Below, one piece after another: positions 1 through 9,415 of a DNA stretch of 64,000 bases. The stretch spans positions 1,918-65,917 of the forward strand of contig CAYHHX010000001.1 in assembly GCA_964356545.1 (NCBI GenBank), read 5' to 3'. The translations under genes and the position numbers were made by a program. How positions within the stretch are numbered: the stretch's first letter is position 1; each line of letters opens with the position of its first letter. A model generated the notes under the pieces. The model did no database searches and was not told the origin of the DNA. It saw only the letters and a program-made list of their open reading frames with translations. This DNA comes from an uncultured Candidatus Saccharibacteria bacterium (GTDB lineage Bacteria; Patescibacteriota; Minisyncoccia; Minisyncoccales; Staskawiczbacteraceae).

Positions 1-258
1 ACTAAAACAAGGCCTAAAGTTCATTATATCTGGAGAAAAAGAAGGGTATTTTTACGGGCAAGAAGAATGTTTAAAAATTCTATTTTAAGATTTCCTGCGC
101 TTTTTCCAGACAGACAAAGTATTTCAGCTATTTTAAGCACAGAAGAAATGGCAACAATATTTCACTTCCCAATGAAAATTACAGGTTTAGTTGCTCCAAC
201 CATGTCGAGAGTTGAGTCTAAAAAAGGAGGACCACCTCCTAATTTACCAGTTGAATAA
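1..258 (+). CDS. 3' end of a gene running in from the left edge (conserved hypothetical, neighbour of the VirD4-like ATPase)
   Basis: ORF track 67..258; C-terminus ILSTEEMATIFHFP...PPPNLPVE resembles proteins that precede CPR VirD4-like genes; start lies outside the window. Confidence 0.6.
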   Translation, partial: TKTRPKVHYIWRKRRVFLRARRMFKNSILRFPALFPDRQSISAILSTEEMATIFHFPMKITGLVAPTMSRVESKKGGPPPNLPVE

Positions 259-271
259 TATTATTTAGTTT

Positions 272-2083
272 ATGAAAACCGATATAACATTTTTTGGGTT
301 AACCAGTTTTCGCAATGCAAAGAAAAAATTCGGAATAAAAACCGACGACAGACGCCGTCATTTTTATGTTATAGGTAAAACAGGCATGGGAAAATCAAAT
401 ATGATGGAGAATATGGCAATTCAGGATATACAGGCGGGTCGCGGAGTAGCTTATATTGACCCTCATGGAGAAGGAGCAGAAAAAATTCTTGATTTTGTGC
501 CAGCCGAAAGAATTAATGATGTCATTTATATTAATCCTTCCGACTTAGATTACCCGATTGCTTTTAATGTTATGGAAAAGGTTGATTTTCGACATAGGCA
601 TTTGGTGGCATCTGGATTAATGGGAGTATTTAAAAAAGTTTGGCCTGATGTTTGGTCGGCCCGTATGGAATATATTTTAAATAATTCTATTTTAGCTCTT
701 TTAGAATACCCAGATGCAACGCTTTTAGGAGTTAACAGAATGTTTGCTGACATAGAATATAGAAAAAAAGTGGTTGATAAAATTACAGATCCTATAGTTA
801 AATCATTTTGGGTTACTGAATATGCCAGATACACTCAGAGATATGAAATAGAGGCAACGGCTGCTATTCAAAATAAAGTTGGACAGTTCATTTCAAATCC
901 TTTAATCAGAAACATCGTTGGTCAAGTAAAATCAACCATTAATATGAGAGACATAATGGACCAGCAAAAGATATTGATTATGAATTTATCAAAAGGAAGA
1001 ATAGGAGAAGATAATTCAAAACTTTTAGGAGCTTTGTTGATTACGAAATTACAACTTGGCGCAATGTCTCGCGTTGATATGCCAGAAGAAGATAGAAAAG
1101 ATTTTTATCTTTATGTTGACGAATTTCAAAATTTTGCCACAGAATCTTTTACTAATATATTGTCTGAAGCCAGAAAATACAGGCTAAACCTTATTTTAGG
1201 TCATCAATATATTACTCAAATGGAAGAAACCGTCAGAGATGCTGTTTTTGGAAATGTTGGCACATTGGTTGTTTTTCGCGTTGGAGCCGAAGACGCTGAA
1301 TTTTTAGAAAAAGAATTTAATCCAGAATTTACTGCCGTAGATTTATGTAATCTACCAAAATATAATATATATTTAAAGTTAATGATTGATGGAATAGCCG
1401 GTCACCCTTTTTCAGCAGAAACTCTTCCCCCGCCAATTTTAACAGATATATCAAATAAAGATAAAATAATTAAGGCATCTCAAGAAAAATATGGAGTTAA
1501 AAGTGAAATAGTCCAAGAAAATATTTCACGGTGGTCAGGTTTTTTAAAAGAAGAATTAGCTGAACAGCCAGTAAGGCCACCAATAAAAATAGAACAAAAC
1601 ACTAAAAAAGAAACAGAATTAGGCACAATAAAAGTTGTCAATTCAAACGAACAAATAACTCTTTACGACGCTATTTGTTCTATGTGTCAAAAGCCAACTA
1701 AGGTTATTTTTCAGCCAGAAGAAGGACGGCCAATCTATTGTAAATCTTGTTTAAAAAAGATAAAATCACCAACGAAAGAACTTGTTCCTCGCGAGCGAGA
1801 GCAGAATAATAATGCAGAAAAATTTAATAAAATAGAAAATATTCCTTTTCATAATCCTAAAAAAATACAATCGCAAAAACCAATAAGAAAAGAAATCAAT
1901 TTATCTGATCTCAAAAAAGCATTAGAGGAGTCACTTGAAGATAAAGAACTATCTGCAGATACAGAAGATTTAGAAGTAGAAAAAATAGATAGTAAAAAAC
2001 CAGATATTACACAGACAACAGAAGATAAGCTTAATCAGCAAAAAAAGGGAGTGATTAATCCAGGTCAGATAGTAAAACTTTAA
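272..2083 (+). CDS. VirD4/TraG/HerA-like P-loop ATPase (type IV coupling-protein-like) with C-terminal CxxC-x17-CxxC zinc ribbon
   Basis: Walker A GKTGMGKS, IDPHGE, Walker B YVDEFQ, EARKY; CSMC...CKSC near the C-terminus. Confidence 0.85.
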   Translation: MKTDITFFGLTSFRNAKKKFGIKTDDRRRHFYVIGKTGMGKSNMMENMAIQDIQAGRGVAYIDPHGEGAEKILDFVPAERINDVIYINPSDLDYPIAFNVMEKVDFRHRHLVASGLMGVFKKVWPDVWSARMEYILNNSILALLEYPDATLLGVNRMFADIEYRKKVVDKITDPIVKSFWVTEYARYTQRYEIEATAAIQNKVGQFISNPLIRNIVGQVKSTINMRDIMDQQKILIMNLSKGRIGEDNSKLLGALLITKLQLGAMSRVDMPEEDRKDFYLYVDEFQNFATESFTNILSEARKYRLNLILGHQYITQMEETVRDAVFGNVGTLVVFRVGAEDAEFLEKEFNPEFTAVDLCNLPKYNIYLKLMIDGIAGHPFSAETLPPPILTDISNKDKIIKASQEKYGVKSEIVQENISRWSGFLKEELAEQPVRPPIKIEQNTKKETELGTIKVVNSNEQITLYDAICSMCQKPTKVIFQPEEGRPIYCKSCLKKIKSPTKELVPREREQNNNAEKFNKIENIPFHNPKKIQSQKPIRKEINLSDLKKALEESLEDKELSADTEDLEVEKIDSKKPDITQTTEDKLNQQKKGVINPGQIVKL

Positions 2084-2094
2084 CTATTTTATTT

Positions 2095-3141
2095 ATGTTC
2101 AAATCCGTAAGAGACTTTGATGTTGCAGAAAAAAGGGTTTTAGTTAGGTGTGATTTTAATGTTCCGTTAGATAATAATGGTAATATTTTAGATGATTTTA
2201 AAATTATACAAACTCTTGACACAATTAAGTATTTGACAAAAAACAACGCAAAAATAATTTTAATGAGTCATTTAGGTGAGCCAAAAGGTAAAGTGATAGA
2301 TATTTTAAAATTAGATAAAGTAAAAGAAAAACTCGAAGAATTATTAGGCACAACTATTATAAAAACCGATGATTGTATTGGTAGAGAAGTTTTGCAAAAA
2401 GTTTCAAATTTAGAAAATGGTCAAATTTTATTATTAGAGAATTTGAGGTTTTATAAAGAAGAAACAGATAACGACTTAGCATTTGCTAAACAACTTTCAC
2501 AATTAGGCGAGATATATATTAATGATGCGTTTGGTGACTGTCATAGAAATGATGCGTCAGTTGTGGGCGTGCCAAAGTTTTTACCGCACGGCGCAGGATT
2601 TTTGCTCGAAAAAGAAATCATAGTACTAGATAAAATTATGAAAAATCCAGAAAAACCAATGATAGTTATAATTGGCGGTAAAAAAGTAGAAACTAAAACA
2701 AAATTTGTTAATACAATATCTAAAGTGGCAGATTTTGTTATAATAAGCGGATTAATAAAAAAAGAAGCAATTGAAAAGAAAATAGAATTTAATTTTCCAA
2801 AAAAAATAATAGGACCAGAAGACTCTTTAGACGAGTTAGACATTGATGAAAAAACCATAGAGTTATTTAGAGAAAAAATATTAGTTTCTAAAACTATTTT
2901 ATGGAATGGGCCTTTTGGTAAATTTGAAGATAATAATTATAAAAAAGGTACTTTGGAGATAGCTAAAGCAATTATCGAGAGTAAAGCGTATTCTGTGGTT
3001 GGCGGAGGAGAGACAATCGATTTTTTAAATAATGAGAGCTTGCTTTCAAATTTTTCACATGTTTGTACTGGAGGAGGAGCAATGCTACAATATTTGAGTG
3101 GAGATAAATTACCGGGCATTGAATCATTAGAAAATGACTAA
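2095..3141 (+). CDS. pgk: Phosphoglycerate kinase
   Basis: RCDFNVP, MSHLG, LLENLRF, NDAFG, WNGPFG, GGGET, TGGGA motifs. Confidence 0.95.
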   Translation: MFKSVRDFDVAEKRVLVRCDFNVPLDNNGNILDDFKIIQTLDTIKYLTKNNAKIILMSHLGEPKGKVIDILKLDKVKEKLEELLGTTIIKTDDCIGREVLQKVSNLENGQILLLENLRFYKEETDNDLAFAKQLSQLGEIYINDAFGDCHRNDASVVGVPKFLPHGAGFLLEKEIIVLDKIMKNPEKPMIVIIGGKKVETKTKFVNTISKVADFVIISGLIKKEAIEKKIEFNFPKKIIGPEDSLDELDIDEKTIELFREKILVSKTILWNGPFGKFEDNNYKKGTLEIAKAIIESKAYSVVGGGETIDFLNNESLLSNFSHVCTGGGAMLQYLSGDKLPGIESLEND

Positions 3142-4294
3142 ATTTAAAAACTTAGAAAAAGTGGCAGAAAGAATTAAAAAAGCGGTCTTAAATAAAGAGC
3201 GTATTATTTTGTATGGAGATTCTGATTTAGACGGTATATCGTCGGTTGTTATTTTAGAAGAAACTATCAAAAATTTAGGCGGTGAAGTTTCTGCTGTGTT
3301 TTTTCCAGACAGGGAAAAAAATGGCTATGGCATTAACTCAAATGCTTTAGAAATTTTAAAAGATAAGGCTCCCGCCCTTTTTATTACATTAGACCTTGGT
3401 ATAGGTAATATTAAAGAAGTGGAAATTGCCAAAAAATTAAATTTTGAAGTAATAATTATTGATCATCACGAACCTTTAAATAGTATCCCAGATATTCCTC
3501 TAATTATTGATCCCAAACAAAAAGATGATGATTGTCTTTTTAAAGGCATGGCTAATGTTGGAGTTACCTTTAAACTTTGTGAAGAAATTTTAGGAGATAA
3601 AATTTCAGAGAATCTAAGAAATAGTTTTTTAGAATTAGTTGCGCTAGGCACTATTTCTGATATGGTTCCTCAAATAGATGAAAATCAAAAATTTATTGAA
3701 GACGGGTTAAGGTCTTTAAAAAGCACATTTCGCCCGGCATTAAGGGCCTTTTTAAATGTTTTGGGAGAAGGTTATGTTTTTCAAGGAGCCATACAAAAGA
3801 TTATTTCGGCTTTAAATGCAGCAGAAAGTATAAATTACCAAAATGATTCTTATTTACTTTTAACTTCTTCTTCTGCTGAAAAATGCAGAGAAATTGCAGA
3901 AGATTTAATTAATAGAACTAATTATAAACAACAAAAAATTAAAGAAATTACACAAGAAGTAGAAAGAAGAATTAATCAAAAACCAGATGCGCTAATTATT
4001 TTTGAAGGAGACCCTGCTTGGAAATTAACATTAGCAGGTTCTGTTGCTTCAATTATTGCCCAAAGATACGAAAAACCAACTTTTATTTTTAAAAAGGGAG
4101 ATATAGAATCTTGTGGTTCTGTGAGAAGCCTTAAAGAAGGGTATAATTCTGTTGATGCAATGAAAACTTGCGAAGATTTTTTAATAACTTATGGCGGTCA
4201 TGCCAAGGCGTCAGGATTTAGATTAAAAAACGAAGATTTAGAAAAATTTGAAAAATGCTTAAACGAATATTTTAAAAATAGAAATAATAAATAA
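3134..4294 (+). CDS. recJ: DHH/DHHA1 phosphoesterase, RecJ-like ssDNA exonuclease (short form)
   Basis: YGDSDLDG, IIIDHH, ALGTISD, GSVRS, GGHAKASG. Confidence 0.8.
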   Translation: MTKFKNLEKVAERIKKAVLNKERIILYGDSDLDGISSVVILEETIKNLGGEVSAVFFPDREKNGYGINSNALEILKDKAPALFITLDLGIGNIKEVEIAKKLNFEVIIIDHHEPLNSIPDIPLIIDPKQKDDDCLFKGMANVGVTFKLCEEILGDKISENLRNSFLELVALGTISDMVPQIDENQKFIEDGLRSLKSTFRPALRAFLNVLGEGYVFQGAIQKIISALNAAESINYQNDSYLLLTSSSAEKCREIAEDLINRTNYKQQKIKEITQEVERRINQKPDALIIFEGDPAWKLTLAGSVASIIAQRYEKPTFIFKKGDIESCGSVRSLKEGYNSVDAMKTCEDFLITYGGHAKASGFRLKNEDLEKFEKCLNEYFKNRNNK

Positions 4295-4398
4295 CTATTG
4301 AAAAGGTAGATAGATGAATGAAATTAAACTTTAAACACAGTTTTACATATTTAAACTTATATGTTAAACTTTAAATATAGATAATAGTATTAAAAGTT

Positions 4399-5529
4399 AT
4401 GAAATCAACATTTAAGGCTGGTATATATAAACAGCAATTTGAGTATAAAAGTTTTAGTCCTCTCCCAATTAATAAACCTTTTGAATGGGAAGACAAAAAA
4501 ATAAACATATTGTCTGATGAAGCAATGCGGCTTTTGGGTGAGCTTAACGCCTATTCTAGTCTTGTACCAGATGTTGATTATTTCATCCTTATGCATATTA
4601 TAAAGGAAGCTACTACTTCAAGCAGAATTGAGGGCACAAAAACAGGTATTGATGAAGCATTGCTTTCAAAGGATGATATTAATCCGGAAAAACGCGATGA
4701 TTGGAAAGAAGTTCAAAACTATATTGAAGCAATCAATTATTCTATTAAAGAATTAGATACTGTGGCTTTATCTATGAGGATTCTGAAAGGTGCACATAAA
4801 ATACTTTTAACTAGTGTAAGAGGAGAACATAAAACACCTGGCGAAATACGAATAAGTCAAAATTGGATTGGCGGATCAAATTTAAAAGATGCATTTTTTA
4901 TACCGCCCCATCCAGACGAAGTTAGTGAATTAATTTCTGATCTTCAACTATTTTGGCATAATAAAAATCTTCAAATACCATTGCTTATTAAAGTTGCTAT
5001 GAGTCATTATCAATTTGAAACCATTCATCCATTTTTAGATGGTAATGGAAGAATTGGGCGTCTTTTAATGACTCTTCAATTAGTAGATGCTAAAGTATTA
5101 AAAAAACCAACTCTTTATCTTTCTGATTTTTTTGAAAGAAATAAAGGTTCATATTATGATTCTTTGACTATAGTTAGGTCTTCAAATAATATTGAACAAT
5201 GGATTAAGTTTTTTCTATCGGGAGTCATTGAGATTGCCAACAAAGGCAAATTAACTTTCGAAAAGATAATAGAATTACGTCAAAAGTATGAACAAAAAAT
5301 AATGAAATTAGGTCGTCGAGCAGAAATCGGTCAGCGATTTTTAATTGCATTATTTTCCCAGCCAATTATGAATGTCAATCAAATTGTAAAAGAATTAAAT
5401 ACTACTTTTCCTACGGCCTCAAAATTGGCTGAAGAATTCGAAAAGGTTAGTATTTTAAGAGAAGTCACTGGTTTTTCTAGAAACCGTTCTTTTGAGTTAT
5501 TCGAGTATGTAGAACTATTTAGAAAATAA
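4399..5529 (+). CDS. Fic family protein
   Basis: Canonical Fic motif [12 protein letters not shown]; SSRIEG; C-terminal HTH-like region. Confidence 0.92.
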   Translation: MKSTFKAGIYKQQFEYKSFSPLPINKPFEWEDKKINILSDEAMRLLGELNAYSSLVPDVDYFILMHIIKEATTSSRIEGTKTGIDEALLSKDDINPEKRDDWKEVQNYIEAINYSIKELDTVALSMRILKGAHKILLTSVRGEHKTPGEIRISQNWIGGSNLKDAFFIPPHPDEVSELISDLQLFWHNKNLQIPLLIKVAMSHYQFETIHPFLDGNGRIGRLLMTLQLVDAKVLKKPTLYLSDFFERNKGSYYDSLTIVRSSNNIEQWIKFFLSGVIEIANKGKLTFEKIIELRQKYEQKIMKLGRRAEIGQRFLIALFSQPIMNVNQIVKELNTTFPTASKLAEEFEKVSILREVTGFSRNRSFELFEYVELFRK

Positions 5530-5559
5530 AAATTTAAAGATTAATTAAGAAATAAAAAT

Positions 5560-6165
5560 ATGGATTTGAGTCAATTGACGGAAGAAGATTTTAAAGTATA
5601 TTTAATAAAAAAATTAAATAGAATATATAGTGGGTGGATTGATGGAGACAAAAATAATATTACAAACAAAACGGCCGATCTAATAAATGAACCGCTAAAA
5701 TTTGCGATTGAAATAAAAGATGACAAAACATACAAACATAAGTTTCCTCCCTTGACTGGAGAAATGATCACTAGTGGACTAGATTTGAACAATAAAAGTG
5801 AACAGTTTAAGAATCATGCAAGAGATGCAAATAAAAAATTCAAAAATTATTTAAATTATAAAACAATACTTTTAATTCGTACAGAATTAATAAATATTCC
5901 TCTTGATGTTATCGGTTATATCTTTAGCGGTATGCAGAGATTTATTAAGCCAGGTAACCGACTCATGGAAATAGGAAGAAAAAATAAGTTCCTTTCTAAA
6001 ACTAATACTACTGAAATAGGTTGCTATTTATTATTTGGGAACAATAACTATTTTTATATTGAAAATCCGAATGCAAGTTTACATAGAATTGTTTATGAAA
6101 ATATTGTAGAAAAGATATTTCAAGAAAAATTAGAAAAAATAAGAATTAATTATAAAGTAAAATAA
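5560..6165 (+). CDS. Hypothetical protein, possible PD-(D/E)xK-like fold
   Basis: 201-aa ORF with host-like composition; ADL...FAIEIK is a weak nuclease-like motif. Confidence 0.5.
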   Translation: MDLSQLTEEDFKVYLIKKLNRIYSGWIDGDKNNITNKTADLINEPLKFAIEIKDDKTYKHKFPPLTGEMITSGLDLNNKSEQFKNHARDANKKFKNYLNYKTILLIRTELINIPLDVIGYIFSGMQRFIKPGNRLMEIGRKNKFLSKTNTTEIGCYLLFGNNNYFYIENPNASLHRIVYENIVEKIFQEKLEKIRINYKVK

Positions 6166-6608
6166 TGAAGAAAATAATTATTTATACAGACGGAGGGTCG
6201 AGAGGAAATCCTGGTAAAGCGGCGCTTGGGGTTGTTTTTTGTAATGAAAAAGAACAGGTTATAAAAAAATACGGAGAATACTTGGGCGATAATTTAACAA
6301 ATAATGAAGCAGAGTATTCAGCTGTAATTTTTGCCCTAAAAAAGTTTAAGGCGTTTTTTGGTAAAGCCGTAGCAGAAATTAGTGAAATTGAAATAAGATC
6401 TGATTCGGAATTATTGGTAAAACAAATGAATGGCGAATATAAAATTTTAGACGAAAAAATTCAAAAGTTTTTTATAGAAATTTGGAATTTAAAAATGGAT
6501 TTTAAGGCAGTAAAATTTAAGTCTATTCCCAGAGAAAATAACAAAGAAGCCGATAGAATGGTAAACGAGGCCTTAGACGGCCACGCAGGGAGTCAAAAGT
6601 TATTTTAA
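6165..6608 (+). CDS. rnhA: Ribonuclease HI family protein
   Basis: YTDGGSRGNPG, TNNEAEY, SDSELLVKQ, PRENNKEAD. Confidence 0.92.
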   Translation: MKKIIIYTDGGSRGNPGKAALGVVFCNEKEQVIKKYGEYLGDNLTNNEAEYSAVIFALKKFKAFFGKAVAEISEIEIRSDSELLVKQMNGEYKILDEKIQKFFIEIWNLKMDFKAVKFKSIPRENNKEADRMVNEALDGHAGSQKLF

Positions 6609-6617
6609 ATTCACATC

Positions 6618-6646
6618 TTGACAACCACCATTAATAGGTGTATAAT
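6618..6646 (+). promoter_or_regulatory. Consensus sigma70 promoter
   Basis: TTGACA (6618-6623), 17-nt spacer, TATAAT (6641-6646). Confidence 0.85.
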
Positions 6647-6797
6647 TAAGTAGTAGTTAAGAATAGCACTTTTACAACATAAATTACTTGCAAGAAAACA
6701 GTCATAGCCAAAAGCTATTAAGAAATTGATAGTTTTTGGCTATGACTGCCAACTTCGGAAGTCAAGCACACACTTTTTTCAAGAAAAGGATGACGCC

Positions 6798-7412
6798 ATG
6801 ACAAAGCTCGTGACCGCATCGCAACAGCTCATGACCGACGGCCAGATCGACAACATCGTCGACAAGTTTCGTGCCGCCCTCCGCAAGCATCGTTCTGAGA
6901 TTTCCTTGAACATTGCCCAGGAGATCGTCGGTATTGAGAACCTCGGCATGGAGTGCTACGAGCCGATTCGTAAGCATGTGGAAGCTCGGAGTAATCAGAT
7001 TGTTCGTATCGTCAATGTCAATCGTATTCGTAGTGCGTAGGCAGCGCTCAATGCCACTGGTTGTGTGCAGTACATCGACCGTAAGGTCGTGGACAGCATG
7101 CCACGCGGCGAAGGCAAAGAAGTCGAAGTCGTATTCTTCAACCTCGGCCGATACATCAGCGACGCCGACCTCGACAAGGAGTACGAACTGCTTGGTTTCA
7201 AACCAGCAGATCCCTACTCTTTGTCCGCAGTCAACGAAGAAGATCAGGCATTTGCCGACACCAAGCCCAACGCCACTCATTGGAAGGACGAGAATGGCAA
7301 GTTGTGTTATGCCGCCTTCGACCGGTGGTTCGGCGTCGAGCGGTACGTGCGTGTCCGCCGCTTCGGCATTGGCTGGCGTGGCCACTGGTGGTTTGCTGGC
7401 GTCAGCAAGTAA
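6798..7412 (+). pseudogene. GC-rich gene interrupted by one in-frame TAG (7038-7040); putative DGR target protein
   Basis: ORFs 6726..7040 and 7065..7412 are in the same frame; AAGGA upstream of ATG 6798; C-terminus CYAAFDRW...WWFAGVSK with A-poor NNY codons. Confidence 0.7.
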
Positions 7413-7486
7413 TCTTCAGGTCGTTCAGACTCTGAGAGTCTTCAGACTCGAAGAGTTGCCCTTGGTTTCTTGAACCTTCGGCAACA

Positions 7487-7527
7487 AAGTCCTGTTTTGC
7501 AATTGCAAAACAGGACTTCTTTTTTTT
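7487..7527 (+). terminator. Intrinsic terminator (perfect palindrome)
   Basis: AAGTCCTGTTTTGC-AATT-GCAAAACAGGACTT followed by a T tract. Confidence 0.85.
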
Positions 7528-7701
7528 GTTTCAATATGATAATATAATAATCGGATAGTAGGCTATTATCAAGTCTGCGGTCAAGGCTTCAGACAACCCA
7601 ATTCCATATTTCAGGATTGTGTAGATCGGCCTCCTAAAACATGGCAACACAAAGAAGATTAAAGGTGTGGTCTTAAAATTATACAGTCAAAACTTTATTG
7701 C

Positions 7702-7730
7702 TTGACAAAGGTGTTTTTAATTAGTACTAT
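7702..7730 (+). promoter_or_regulatory. sigma70 promoter of rnpB
   Basis: TTGACA, 17-nt spacer, TACTAT directly before the RNase P RNA 5' strand. Confidence 0.8.
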
Positions 7731-7736
7731 ATAAAT

Positions 7737-8183
7737 ATCTTAACAAGATGAGTGATTGCTCTTTATTAAATTGAGGAGAGGAAAGTCCGAACACCATCCT
7801 GAACTGATTTATCAGTGAAGGATAAAATAGTAGTGGCTAACAGCCATCCATAGTAATATGCGAGGTGCGAACAGTGACGCCGAGTTTCGAAAGAAACAAG
7901 GCACCGAGTATATAAATTTATTTATGTGCGAGGTGAATTCAACTGAAAAGTTGAAGTGAAACGGCTAAATCCTTATTGGGTGCAAGAACAAAGTCCCGCC
8001 CCCTAAGCAGTTAATTTTTATCAGGAAAAACCTGAGAGAGCTCTAATAGATATATTTTTTTGAGTTCTTGAATTACAGCATAGGGGGCGGGATTAAAAGT
8101 AGTTCGCTTGAATCAAGAAGTAATTCTTGGTCTAGACAGATAATCACATAAAACAGAATTCGGCTTACGGTCTTGTTAAGATA
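7737..8183 (+). ncRNA. rnpB: RNase P RNA
   Basis: Conserved GAGGAAAGTCCG and ACAGAATTCGGCTTA P4 strands; terminal helix ATCTTAACAAGA / TCTTGTTAAGAT. Confidence 0.93.
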
Positions 8184-8218
8184 ACTAAAAACAGAGAATT
8201 TATCTCTGTTTTTAGTTT
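8183..8218 (+). terminator. Terminator after rnpB
   Basis: AACTAAAAACAGAGA...TCTCTGTTTTTAGTT inverted repeat. Confidence 0.75.
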
Positions 8219-8275
8219 ATAAAAGAGAGATAAAAGAATTGTAAAATCTAAAAAAAAAGATTAATATAAAAAACT

Positions 8276-8971
8276 ATGGAGTTAAATCCAAATCCAGGTA
8301 AAAATTTAATCATTGAAGTTGATGGTAGAAAATTTGCCAGGTATCCTGTACGGACAAAATTAATAACACCAGAAGACAAAGACATCTCTTTGATTGTTAA
8401 AGAATATGTGGCCTTGCACCTTATGCCAAAAGATATTGTTTTTATAAGCGAAAAAGCTGTTTCTGTAACTCAGGGCAGGTCTTATCCTAAGAAAGAAATC
8501 ATTACGACAAAAATGGCAAATTTTTTATCGCGTTTTGTAACAAAAACTCCAATTGGCATAGGACTAGGGTCGCCTGAAACAATGCAGTTGGCTATTGAAG
8601 AAGTAGGATTATTAAGAATTTTAGTAGCTTCTTTTTTTGGATATTTTTTTAAAATTTTTAATATTAAAGGAGTGTTTTATATAATAGCAGGAAGTAAAGT
8701 AAGGTCTATTGATGGAGCGGTTGAATATGCTATACCGCCATATAATACTTATGTTTCAAAGGGTCCGCTAAAAGCAAATAAGGTGGCAGAAAAAATTTCA
8801 GAAGTATTGAAAACGCCTGTTGTTATTGTTGACGCAAATGATTTTGGAGTAAATATTTTAGGGATTAGTCAAGGTATTGATAAAAAATTAATCGCTAAAA
8901 TTATTAAAGATAATCCTTTGGGGCAGTCAGATGAGCAAACTCCCATAGGCATTATCCGGGAAATTTTTTAA
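8276..8971 (+). CDS. Coenzyme F420-0:L-glutamate ligase-like (CofE family) protein
   Basis: PVRTKLI, ISEKAVSVTQG, IVDAND, NPLGQSDEQTP. Confidence 0.75.
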   Translation: MELNPNPGKNLIIEVDGRKFARYPVRTKLITPEDKDISLIVKEYVALHLMPKDIVFISEKAVSVTQGRSYPKKEIITTKMANFLSRFVTKTPIGIGLGSPETMQLAIEEVGLLRILVASFFGYFFKIFNIKGVFYIIAGSKVRSIDGAVEYAIPPYNTYVSKGPLKANKVAEKISEVLKTPVVIVDANDFGVNILGISQGIDKKLIAKIIKDNPLGQSDEQTPIGIIREIF

Positions 8972-8978
8972 AATAATA

Positions 8979-9407
8979 ATGTTACGACAAGCAGAATTAA
9001 AAGATAAAGAAAAAATTTTAGATATTGTAAATGAATTATCTTTGGATATCTCCGATTTTATTTGGGACAAAGAAGAATTTGTGGATAAGCAAATTAAAAA
9101 TGAAGAATATTTTATTATGGAAGATGAAGATAGATTAGTGGGGGTTATGAGCTTGCGCCAGCGGAGCAATAAGGTAAGCATTGAAACATTGGCGGTTAAG
9201 AAAGAATTTCAATCTAAGGGATTTGGTAGCAAATTTATAGAATTTGCCAAGCAATTTACTAAAGAGAGAGGATTTAAAGTGTTGCACGCCTATTCTTTTA
9301 GTGAGTACCAAGCCACTGATTTCTATTTAAAAAAAGGTTTTAAGGTTTTGGACCATGCGGGATATTATAAAAATCATAAATACGACTGTTTTGAATTAAC
9401 ATTATAA
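8979..9407 (+). CDS. GNAT family N-acetyltransferase
   Basis: LAVKKEFQSKGFGS acetyl-CoA motif A; FYLKKGF. Confidence 0.85.
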   Translation: MLRQAELKDKEKILDIVNELSLDISDFIWDKEEFVDKQIKNEEYFIMEDEDRLVGVMSLRQRSNKVSIETLAVKKEFQSKGFGSKFIEFAKQFTKERGFKVLHAYSFSEYQATDFYLKKGFKVLDHAGYYKNHKYDCFELTL

Positions 9408-9415
9408 TTTTTATC

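Noticed and set aside
272-2083. Conjugative element marked by the VirD4-like gene
   Set aside because: No relaxase or mating-pair genes nearby; it is embedded among core genes.
6619-6632. TGACAACCACCATT resembling the reverse repeat at 24441
   Set aside because: It lacks the AAATGG arm and overlaps a -35 box; it may be coincidence, so it was not counted.
7038-7040. TAG as recoding (pyrrolysine or alternative genetic code)
   Set aside because: Other genes here end normally at TAG and TGA, and no pyl genes are visible; a nonsense mutation or sequencing error is simpler.
6762-7385. 207-aa minus-strand ORF and the 186-aa ORF at 6913
   Set aside because: Shadows of the GC-rich plus-strand gene, which has the promoter, RBS and terminator.
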